Positions 15,787-23,111 of a stretch of 32,000 bases of DNA are shown here, piece after piece. The notes beneath the pieces are model-generated. The model was given only the letters and a program-made list of their open reading frames with translations. It was not told the DNA's origin and did no database searches. The stretch is from assembly GCA_963785065.1 (NCBI GenBank), contig CAWATX010000001.1, forward strand, positions 93,690 to 125,689. Reading direction: 5' to 3'. Position 1 is the stretch's first letter, and each line of letters begins with the position of its first letter. The position numbers were made by a program, and so were the translations under genes. This DNA comes from an uncultured Alphaproteobacteria bacterium. Lineage in GTDB: Bacteria > Pseudomonadota > Alphaproteobacteria > Rhizobiales > Kaistiaceae.

Positions 15787-16527
15787 TCAATCGCCAGTCG
15801 TTCGATGTGGCAGGCCGTTGGTCGCGACGAGACGGGCGACAGCCTGGGTTATGTTTCGTGCGCCAAGTTTTTCCTTTGCCTTTTCCAAATGGAAGGCAGC
15901 CGTCCGTTGGGAAACGCCAATTATCTTGCCGATCTCCCAAGTCGACTTGCCTTGGGCGGCCCAGTTAAGGCACTCAATTTGGCGTCGCGACAAGCCGGTG
16001 CTCTCGAACGGCTGTATCGCGCGGGTTCTTCTGCGAGCGTGTGCATGGAAATTGACAGCCAGAAGACGGAGAAGCTGCGCATTCCAATGAATACTCCGAC
16101 AGAATGCAGCACGATTGTCACTGGTTGCGAAGGTAATCACGGCGATGGAGCCGTCGTGCTCGTGAATCGGGATCGTGAAGCCGTATTTGATCCCGAATTG
16201 AGCGGCCTCATCAAAGAGCTGCTGTTCCGGCCTGAGCGCGTCGAGCGGCGCGAAGTCCGGTCCCCATGTGAACGCGCCCGAATGATTGAGGGCGTGACGG
16301 ATGACTGGATCGATGCGCTCGTAGTGGCATGCGGCGTACCGATTGATCCACGCTGCCGGATAATTCGAGATGACATCTGGGCGAAACGTCGACAACCGCG
16401 GCATCGCCAGGTAGGCGAAATTGTTCAAATCAAGTGCATTCGCTGCGTACAGCATCGCCCCGACGAGCGCGGCCTCGCCGTCAGCCTGAAAGAGCATGTC
16501 GACGAAGCCTTGGAACAGGTCGTACAT
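15787..16527 (-). CDS. LuxR-family regulator with an N-terminal autoinducer-binding domain. It is a LuxR solo, since no luxI-type gene is in the window.
   Basis: YPAAWINRYAACHYERIDPV gives W-x3-Y-x8-DP, matching TraR W57/Y61/D70/P71. FTWG and FGIKYGFTIP follow. The C-terminal GerE HTH reads LSRRQIECLNWAAQGKSTWEIGKIIGVSQRTAAFHLEKAKEKLG. Confidence 0.88.
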   Translation of the reverse strand: MYDLFQGFVDMLFQADGEAALVGAMLYAANALDLNNFAYLAMPRLSTFRPDVISNYPAAWINRYAACHYERIDPVIRHALNHSGAFTWGPDFAPLDALRPEQQLFDEAAQFGIKYGFTIPIHEHDGSIAVITFATSDNRAAFCRSIHWNAQLLRLLAVNFHAHARRRTRAIQPFESTGLSRRQIECLNWAAQGKSTWEIGKIIGVSQRTAAFHLEKAKEKLGARNITQAVARLVATNGLPHRTTGD

Positions 16528-17138
16528 CGTGGCTCAATCTCATTGTCGCTGGTCGCCACATCGACACACGCAAAGATGGTATGTGTTGGTCCTGCGGCGT
16601 TAAATCGGCCCCTTTCTTCATTTCTGGTTAACTAAAGCTTATCGGCTGCCGCGGCACAGTCCATCCTTCTATGAGGTTCCTAACCCCGACACGCGCTATG
16701 TGACCCATCTCGTAGTCAGCAGCGTGGCGTGGACGCGAGCGAACTCTTCGACCGGGTCGAAGCAAGCGATTCGATCAATGTCACCCAGCGCGGCGCGCAC
16801 CGGCGCGCTCATGGTGTGATCGGGCGTGAGCAGCACGATTGCGCAGGCCACGCCTCTCGCGAGAATGCCGGATCGCCCCGCACGCTCAATTCTCAGCGCG
16901 TAGATGCATTGAGGGCGTGCGCGGCGGTGGTTGAATTAGCCGACCGCACCGCGGCACGCCCTCATTCGAATAACCCGCCCTGAGCGGCAGGCCATGCAGC
17001 CGGCGATATGCTTGCCGGCCTGGTGGGCTCCGAACGGGTTCGCCGCCATTCCCACCACCGCGCTCGATCCGCCCCACGGTGCGGCGTCTCCCGCGGTCCC
17101 CGCGCTTATCGGGTCCGGGTCCCCATCGACAGCTCCTC

Positions 17139-18041
17139 TCACGCGGCTGTCGATTCCAATTCTGCAATTCGCTGAAACTCGGTCAGGAATTCCTGGTGGT
17201 TCTGAGCGAGGTACCGCACGACCCGCGCGTTGGCGAGGAGCTTTGCCAAGTATCCTTTGGTAAGAACGAGATCGAGATGGTCGCTGCCATACGATTGCTC
17301 GGCCATCTTGAACTCGCGATCGAGGTTGGCCAACTCGCGTTCCATGAGGGCCATCTGATCGTCGGTGAGGCCGTTCACGGTCTTCCGCTTTTGCGCGTCG
17401 GCCAATTGCGAATGCGGGGTCGCGGCGTAGAGCGATTTGGCATAGTTGATCGTGTACTTGTTCATCGCGACCATCAGCTCAGCGGCTTCGATCTGTCGAA
17501 GCGGCGCCATCTTTCTGAGTTCCGTGAAAGAATTGATCGGGACGTGCTTGTCCTTGAGGATCTCAGCGGCCTCCGGGCAGATCCCTGCGAGGAGGCGACG
17601 CTTCTTGCGAATTTCGGCGACGTTGACGTTCAACGCTCTGGCGATCCGTTCCTCCGAGACGCCCTTTTCGACCGCCTTCAGAATCATCTTGTGTTCCTGA
17701 ACGATCGCGATGCGGCTGACCCGGCGATTGTAGGTGAAGGCTTCGTCATCGGTCGAAACCAAGCAAGCGACCTCGGTCTCACCTAGGTCCTTCAGGACCT
17801 CGACGCGGAGATGGCCGTCGAGGAGGAGGTACTTGCCCGCCTCGCTCCGGTCTCGTGCAACGACCGGCGGCTCGATGATACCTACCTCGCGGATCGATGC
17901 GGCTATCTGCGCGAACTTCGGGGTCTTCTTAATGGTCGCGGTGACGGCACGGAGCGGTTGAAGATCGGCGATCAGTATCCTTACGCCGACTTGTTCGAAC
18001 GCCATCTTCACCGGACCGGTGGACGCCTTGCGAGCCATCAT
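17139..18041 (-). CDS. ParB/Srx-fold N-terminal domain protein with a long helical RepB-C-like C-terminal half (ParB paralogue 2).
   Basis: 300 aa, containing IADLQPLR...GIIEPPVVARD...YLLLDGHLRVEVLKDLG, HTH EERIARALNVNVAEIRKKRRL, then a helical C-terminus. Its ATG overlaps the stop of the upstream gene (ATGA at 18038-18041). Confidence 0.75.
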   Translation of the reverse strand: MMARKASTGPVKMAFEQVGVRILIADLQPLRAVTATIKKTPKFAQIAASIREVGIIEPPVVARDRSEAGKYLLLDGHLRVEVLKDLGETEVACLVSTDDEAFTYNRRVSRIAIVQEHKMILKAVEKGVSEERIARALNVNVAEIRKKRRLLAGICPEAAEILKDKHVPINSFTELRKMAPLRQIEAAELMVAMNKYTINYAKSLYAATPHSQLADAQKRKTVNGLTDDQMALMERELANLDREFKMAEQSYGSDHLDLVLTKGYLAKLLANARVVRYLAQNHQEFLTEFQRIAELESTAA

Positions 18042-18928
18042 TGCGTCTCCGAAGACACTTCGAAGCGGGCTGCCAGGTTGCGGGGAAGAGTGTCGAGATG
18101 CTCCGCCCTGAGCAGCGTCACGAAGTTCTCGTCCCTCAGGAGCTTGCGCAGCGCTTCGGTCGCGAAGATCAGCCGATCCCTCGTTGCCTCCGCTTTGCGG
18201 ATCAGGTGCCGCTTCTTGTCCGTATCCTGGCGATAAGCACGGATAAGGGAGTCCGACGACACGTTATCCTGTTGCTTTGGCCCGTTTGTGCGAAGTCCCT
18301 TGCCGCGTCGTCGACGCTGCTCGATCACGCGTTTGGCGATCATGAGCTTACGGCCCCTGAGCTCCTTCTTTTCGTAGGCCTGCTGAAGCGCGCGCTGAAC
18401 ACCCGAGTCATCGGCCTCGGCGATCTCGACGGCGACGCTGACCGGGAGATGGCCGGATTCGACGGCACGGAGGAGGCGGTGTTCGCCCTTTTCCAGGAGC
18501 CGGATCACTCCTCGGACGTACTCCGCTGACAAGTCGGTCTTCTGCGCAATCTCCAACTCGCGGTATCCGCGGCGCTTCAAGCCTTCGATGTCGTGGAGCA
18601 GGTCGATAGCGCGATGCTGTCGGCGCGCACAGTTTTCGACAAGGCTCATCACCAGGCAATCGTCGGTATCTGCCTCGACCACCAGAGCGGGGATTTCTAG
18701 CTGCCCAAGCAGCCGATAGGCCTCGAGCCTGCCTTGACCACAGACGAGGTCGTAGCGCGGGCCATCGGTCCGCTCACGTTTCGTCACTGTGATCGGCTTC
18801 TTCAGGCCCAGTTCGGCGATATTCCCAACAATCTCCTTAAAAAGACGGGAGTTTCGCAGGCGCGGATTGACGACATCGACCTGATCGACCGGAATCAACT
18901 CGACGGCTGGAACAGCCAAAGCTTTCAT
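18038..18928 (-). CDS. ParB-like N-terminal domain / HTH protein (ParB paralogue 1).
   Basis: 296 aa, containing LIPVDQVDVVNPRLRN...LGLKKPITV...YDLVCGQGRLEAYRLLG...LVENCARR, HTH LEIAQKTDLSAEYVRGVIRLLEKG, and a basic tail. Its ATG overlaps the recombinase TGA (TGATG at 18926-18930). Confidence 0.75.
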   Translation of the reverse strand: MKALAVPAVELIPVDQVDVVNPRLRNSRLFKEIVGNIAELGLKKPITVTKRERTDGPRYDLVCGQGRLEAYRLLGQLEIPALVVEADTDDCLVMSLVENCARRQHRAIDLLHDIEGLKRRGYRELEIAQKTDLSAEYVRGVIRLLEKGEHRLLRAVESGHLPVSVAVEIAEADDSGVQRALQQAYEKKELRGRKLMIAKRVIEQRRRRGKGLRTNGPKQQDNVSSDSLIRAYRQDTDKKRHLIRKAEATRDRLIFATEALRKLLRDENFVTLLRAEHLDTLPRNLAARFEVSSETQ

Positions 18929-20532
18929 CAGGCAGCCTCGCTCAGCTTCACGCGCGCCCCCATGCTGTAGAGCGGATCGAGTGTCTCGAAACGGTAGGCG
19001 TCGAGCGATAAGCCGTTGTGCTCGGCGAGCCGAAGACGCGCGACCGTCATGTCAATCCGCGGCAGGATGTAGTAGTCGAGCGGGATGCTGTTTGGCCGGT
19101 CCATACGAAGCACAACCGTCACATCGGGCTGCAGACTGGTGTCGAAGCGGACAGTCCATCGAAGCGAGCCGGTCGCCAGCTCCAGGCAACGGGCAATGAC
19201 AATCGAGGCGGTGAATTCGCGATTGATGGTCAGGAGGTCCGTGTCCGGGTCCCTGTCGACCTGACCGCCAACCTTCTCGATCTGGGCGACGGTCTCAGCC
19301 ATCACGCCGGGATGCAGTTCGCGAAGAGCTCGATTGATCTCGATGTAACGGTAATCGCGGTCCGGCGTGAACCCGACCAGCTGATAGGCCCGGAGCAAGC
19401 TGCCATATCGACTTTGGTACGAGCTGCTCGACGGAAGGTGCTCGCTCTCGTCGATGATGAGCCCGGAGAGGTAGCCGTGTCGATCAAGGAGTCCGCGAAG
19501 CCCCTCCAACATCTCCGCGTCGGAAAATCTCCGTGATCGCTCCCGAATGATTGTCTGAGCAGCATCGAATAGCTCCTGATCGACGATGCGCTCGAAAGCG
19601 CCTTCAGCCCGAATCCACATTTCCGGACCGTTCCGTATGCGCTTCTTCTTCAGCTTGAATGAGACACGGTTCCAAAGGTTGTTGCCGACATATTTCTCGT
19701 TGATCAGCACCTGATGCACGGTTCCGCGCGTCCAGGGGCGGCCGAGATCCGTCATGATGCCGCGACCGTTCAACTCGTCGGCGATTTCCTTCTCAGCCTT
19801 CTGGTCTACGACAAAGCGTCGATAGATTGATCGGACGCTGTCGACCTCGTCCTCCGGCCCAAGCGCGAGGATCACGCGGTCGGTTTGGATACTCTTGTGC
19901 TCACCCTGATTCAGGTCGCCCTTGACGTTGCCGCCTTGATCGATCAGGCGGCGGCGAAGGCCGTATCCAGGTGCGCCGCCCTGCCGGAAGCCCAGTTCAA
20001 TCAGGCGACACTGGCCGGCGAATACTTTTGCCGAAAGTTCGCGGCTGTACTCACCGGCCATCGCGCGCTTGACGCCTTTGACGATCGTCGAGACCGGGCT
20101 GCCATCATTCTCGAATTGTTCAGCGCAATAGTGAACGGTGACCCCGGCGCGCTTGCAGATGTATTCGTAGTAGGCGCTCTCATCGGCATCCTGGAAGCGG
20201 CCCCACCGGCTGACGTCGTAGACTAGAATCGCGGTGAAGTCCGCCGTTCCACTCTCCACATCCTTGATAAGTTGTTTGAGTGCGTCTCGCCCATCGAGCC
20301 GGAGACCGCTTCGACCCTCGTCGGCGTAGGTGCGCACGATCTCAATCGAGCGCTGATGCGCGTATCGCCGGAGTGCCGCAGATTGGTTTTCGGTCGAGTA
20401 TTGCTGGTGCTCGGTCGACATGCGGACGTACTCGGCCGCCCGCACCGATGTCGGGGTGCTTCGTTCGCCTGTCGCGTTCCAATCGGTCACCTTGGGGCAA
20501 TCCACTGACGGCCCGGCGCCGGTCAGACGCAT
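18928..20532 (-). CDS. Large serine recombinase (resolvase catalytic domain, recombinase domain, and a long C-terminal extension).
   Basis: AAEYVRMSTEHQQYSTENQ...YADEGRSGLRLDGRDALKQLI...LVYDVSRWGR is the resolvase-type catalytic region, with the nucleophile Ser in RMST. I see no Cys-pair zinc ribbon in the C-terminal 250 aa. An alternative internal GTG start, giving MRAAEYVRMST, is possible. Confidence 0.85.
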   Translation of the reverse strand: MRLTGAGPSVDCPKVTDWNATGERSTPTSVRAAEYVRMSTEHQQYSTENQSAALRRYAHQRSIEIVRTYADEGRSGLRLDGRDALKQLIKDVESGTADFTAILVYDVSRWGRFQDADESAYYEYICKRAGVTVHYCAEQFENDGSPVSTIVKGVKRAMAGEYSRELSAKVFAGQCRLIELGFRQGGAPGYGLRRRLIDQGGNVKGDLNQGEHKSIQTDRVILALGPEDEVDSVRSIYRRFVVDQKAEKEIADELNGRGIMTDLGRPWTRGTVHQVLINEKYVGNNLWNRVSFKLKKKRIRNGPEMWIRAEGAFERIVDQELFDAAQTIIRERSRRFSDAEMLEGLRGLLDRHGYLSGLIIDESEHLPSSSSYQSRYGSLLRAYQLVGFTPDRDYRYIEINRALRELHPGVMAETVAQIEKVGGQVDRDPDTDLLTINREFTASIVIARCLELATGSLRWTVRFDTSLQPDVTVVLRMDRPNSIPLDYYILPRIDMTVARLRLAEHNGLSLDAYRFETLDPLYSMGARVKLSEAA

Positions 20533-20578
20533 GGCACATGTCGGAAATCCGAGGGGGGAAGTGTCATCTTCCTACCCT

Positions 20579-20608
20579 CTCTGCATCGACGTCACTGTAG
20601 ATGCAGAG
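20579..20608. promoter_or_regulatory. Perfect 9-bp inverted repeat in the divergent recombinase/HTH control region.
   Basis: CTCTGCATC (20579-20587), a 12-nt spacer, then GATGCAGAG (20600-20608). It sits between the recombinase start (20532) and the HTH gene. Confidence 0.45.
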
Positions 20609-20618
20609 TGGTGGAAAC

Positions 20619-20978
20619 ATGTTGCCGAAAACGGGCAAGAGTTTGCCGAAAGGGTCGCGCCGCAAACAAACCGGACTAGACTTCAACAAGAGGATCGCCG
20701 CGGCGCTACGTGCCGAACTCGGTTCCACGCACCAGGCAGTCAAGACGGTGATGCGCTGGACCGGCGCCAGCGAGCGCACGGTCAAGAACTGGCTCGACGG
20801 AACCCACGGACCGAGCGGAGATCATGTCGTCGTCCTGATCCGCCATTCCGACGAGGTCTTGAAGGCGCTGCTCGCAATGGCGGGCCGCGATTCTGCGCTC
20901 GTTTCGGTGGACATCATCGATATTCGAGAAAAGCTTCTGGAGACCGTTCAGTTCATTGACGAGCAAATAGATCGCTGA
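20619..20978 (+). CDS. Small HTH-type DNA-binding protein of unknown function, divergent from the serine recombinase.
   Basis: MLPKTGKSLPKGSRRKQTGLDFNKRIAAALRAELGSTHQAVKTVMRWTGASERTVKNWLDG contains an HTH-like segment. The alternative ATG at 20601 lies inside the inverted repeat. Confidence 0.55.
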   Translation: MLPKTGKSLPKGSRRKQTGLDFNKRIAAALRAELGSTHQAVKTVMRWTGASERTVKNWLDGTHGPSGDHVVVLIRHSDEVLKALLAMAGRDSALVSVDIIDIREKLLETVQFIDEQIDR

Positions 20979-20982
20979 GTTC

Positions 20983-21906
20983 TCACGTGACCGTATTCCA
21001 TGGACCGCCCGGAGCCCACTTCATCGAGAAATCACCGCCGGCAAGAATCGCCGCCGTTGGCGGCATGACGAACGCGGCGATCTCATCGATCGTCGCTGGC
21101 AGACTACGAGGCTCAACAAGCAAGGGCGTCCGGCCCACGAACGCTGTCCATTGCTCATTCTTCTGCCGATCCGAGGAGAACGCTTGTCCGAGCGCGATCG
21201 GTAGTTCGGCGGGGATCGGTGTCTGGCGACGATCGAAGGTCGCCCGGATCGCGGCAGCCACGGAATACCCATCGAAAGCAAACAATCGGCCGAGTGCGAG
21301 AAGATCGTAGAAGTCTTTCATCCGGCTGTTGGCGAGCCCCAGCTCGACGATCGCCTGAAACTTCTCGGCGACGACCGTCTCCCGAGGATACGCCCGAAGG
21401 TGTGGGCCTCTTGCATCAAGAAGTGCGGGGAACTCGATGTCGGTTGCGGCCGGGGTGATTGCGTCGCCAAAACCGATATCGATCTGGATCGGGATACGCG
21501 TCTTTCCCAGGAAGGCCCTACTGCGAATGCGAACACCACGATATTGCTGATCGTCGCGGATCGGCTCCACGATGACGTCGTCGGCGTCGAAAACCAGCCC
21601 ATCGTCGGCGACCTCTTGTCCGCAAATTGCTCGATACGTGGTGGCGATCGTTTCGATGGCGGGGTCACCGAAACCCATCAGGTCGAGATCCTGCGTGGGC
21701 CGGAATGGATCATCGAGCCATGCCGTGAAAAGCATTGCGCCTTTGAGGACGAAGCGATCGCGAAAGGGCGACAAACTCAGGCGGTGGAGAAGCCGTTCGA
21801 TCGCATAGCGTCGCAGGATGAACTCGAGGCTGGAATTCTTGTCTCGGGCAATGTTGCGCAGTCGCGCTGCGACGGACGCCGGGAGATTGGTCGGCTTATC
21901 CTTCAT
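20983..21906 (-). CDS. abiEii: AbiEii/AbiGii-family nucleotidyltransferase toxin (type IV TA / abortive infection).
   Basis: MKDKPTNLPASVAARLRNIARDKN...FVLKGAMLF...PTQDLDLMGF...IPIQIDIGFGD. The start at 21906 overlaps the abiEi stop by 11 nt. The longer ORF-track N-terminus (to 22038) is Arg/His-rich and unlikely to be real. Confidence 0.85.
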   Translation of the reverse strand: MKDKPTNLPASVAARLRNIARDKNSSLEFILRRYAIERLLHRLSLSPFRDRFVLKGAMLFTAWLDDPFRPTQDLDLMGFGDPAIETIATTYRAICGQEVADDGLVFDADDVIVEPIRDDQQYRGVRIRSRAFLGKTRIPIQIDIGFGDAITPAATDIEFPALLDARGPHLRAYPRETVVAEKFQAIVELGLANSRMKDFYDLLALGRLFAFDGYSVAAAIRATFDRRQTPIPAELPIALGQAFSSDRQKNEQWTAFVGRTPLLVEPRSLPATIDEIAAFVMPPTAAILAGGDFSMKWAPGGPWNTVT

Positions 21907-22522
21907 CCGCCGCGAGGCTTTCAAGGTAGGGGCGAATGACCGTCCCGATCCGCAGGTTGCCAGCGTGGCGGGAGATTTCGTCGGGTGACGTCTTGCGGGA
22001 CCGAAGTGCCATGCGGAGTGCTTCGAGTGCCACGTCAAGACCTACCGTCTTTCGGTACCGGAAGCAGTCGACGACCGTTCTTGCCGGATCGGTGATCCTC
22101 ACTTTCACGGAATCAATGATGTGCGTATCGATTCCGTCGGCAAGGGCGCGCTCGCCGAACCGGACGAATCGAACCGGCGGATAGCTGATGCTTGGCTTCC
22201 GGTCTCTCTCCCCAATTGCCACCCACACGCTACTGGCGTTCTGCAGCGTGATCTCGTGGAACTGCAGTGCAGAAATCAGGCAGATCACCCCCTTTGGGAC
22301 CCGCTTCGCGATTTCGGCCAGCCCATGGGAGAGATGGAACTCGGCATCGGCGAGTTCATAAAGGCCGCGGGAGGGGCGGACGATGGCGCCCTCGTTGACG
22401 AGGCGTGAAAGGGTCGGGGGATCGACGCCTTGCGCCACAAGGTCCGAGAGCCGCATGATTCCGTTGCGCTCAAGAAGGCGGAGCGCGGTCTTCCGCTGAC
22501 TTGGGACTGCGGGTTCGGCCAT
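21896..22522 (-). CDS. abiEi: AbiEi-family antitoxin / transcriptional regulator.
   Basis: The N-terminal winged HTH reads LLERNGIMRLSDLVAQGVDPPTLSRLVNEGAIVRPSRGLYEL. The C-terminal domain contains ICLISALQFHEIT. It lies directly upstream of abiEii and overlaps it. Confidence 0.85.
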   Translation of the reverse strand: MAEPAVPSQRKTALRLLERNGIMRLSDLVAQGVDPPTLSRLVNEGAIVRPSRGLYELADAEFHLSHGLAEIAKRVPKGVICLISALQFHEITLQNASSVWVAIGERDRKPSISYPPVRFVRFGERALADGIDTHIIDSVKVRITDPARTVVDCFRYRKTVGLDVALEALRMALRSRKTSPDEISRHAGNLRIGTVIRPYLESLAADEG

Positions 22523-22570
22523 GTTACAAAACGTCGTGTCCTAGCGCTGATTCCCGACGTTCTGTAACAT
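22521..22570. promoter_or_regulatory. Inverted repeat at the abiEi start (candidate AbiEi autoregulatory operator).
   Basis: ATGTTACAAAACGTC (22521-22535) and GACGTTCTGTAACAT (22556-22570) are complementary at 14 of 15 positions, with a 20-nt spacer. The left arm touches the abiEi start codon. Confidence 0.5.
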
Positions 22571-22925
22571 ACCTTCCTACCAAACGGGAGCCACGTCTCA
22601 CGTCTACAAGCCGCTTCGGCCCTGGCAGGAGGTCGAGGTCAAGATCGTCAGCGCCAGCCAGGTCGGTGAGGGCGGCGAGGAGAAAGGCCCGGGGGCGTGC
22701 ACCATCCGAGCTTCGGGAACTTGGCACCCATCCCTTTCGTGCGCCGCGATAACTTCTTCTACGATCTGGCCGTTCAGCTTCTTTCGGGCGCTGTCGCTAA
22801 CCCGCATCATACGTGGTCACCCACACGGGTGGACGGAATTCGAGCCCTCATTGCCGGCAGCCCACGTATTGATCCTCGCCATGCCACGTCCTGCCATAAT
22901 TCCTGCGGGTTCTTGGCCGCGCCGT

Positions 22926-23111
22926 ATGTCAGCCGCAATAGCAGCGGGATATTGCGGAGAGCCGACTGTCGAAGCATTCTTGAAGCGCGTTGGCAGTGAA
23001 TATCCTCGGCCACGGATCAAAGAAGGTAGACGGCAGCTATGGTTGCGAGACGATCTGGACCGGGCCATCGCACCGGAAATCGTGCCGGGCGACCTCGCCG
23101 AGGATTTGTGA
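22926..23111 (+). CDS. Small excisionase / AlpA-like HTH protein (putative Xis).
   Basis: MSAAIAAGYCGEPTVEAFLKRVGSEYPRPRIKEGRRQLWLRDDLDRAI resembles the MerR-superfamily excisionase pattern. Its TGA overlaps the integrase ATG (TGATG at 23109-23113). An earlier start at 22881 is possible. Confidence 0.5.
   Translation: MSAAIAAGYCGEPTVEAFLKRVGSEYPRPRIKEGRRQLWLRDDLDRAIAPEIVPGDLAEDL

Noticed and set aside
16900-16908. The 9-mer GTAGATGCA is shared between the 16.9-kb gap and the inverted repeat at 20597-20605. This could have marked recombinase sites at the module ends.
   Set aside because: A given 9-mer recurs in 64 kb of two-strand sequence with probability about 0.24. There is no extended similarity around it.
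22166-22181. GAATCGAACC followed by GGCGGA inside abiEi. It resembles the tRNA-Gln T-arm segment (24473-24482) with a 7-nt gap and could have been an old att remnant.
   Set aside because: A 10-mer match to a 40-nt query is expected about twice by chance on both strands of 32 kb. It also lies inside an intact coding sequence.
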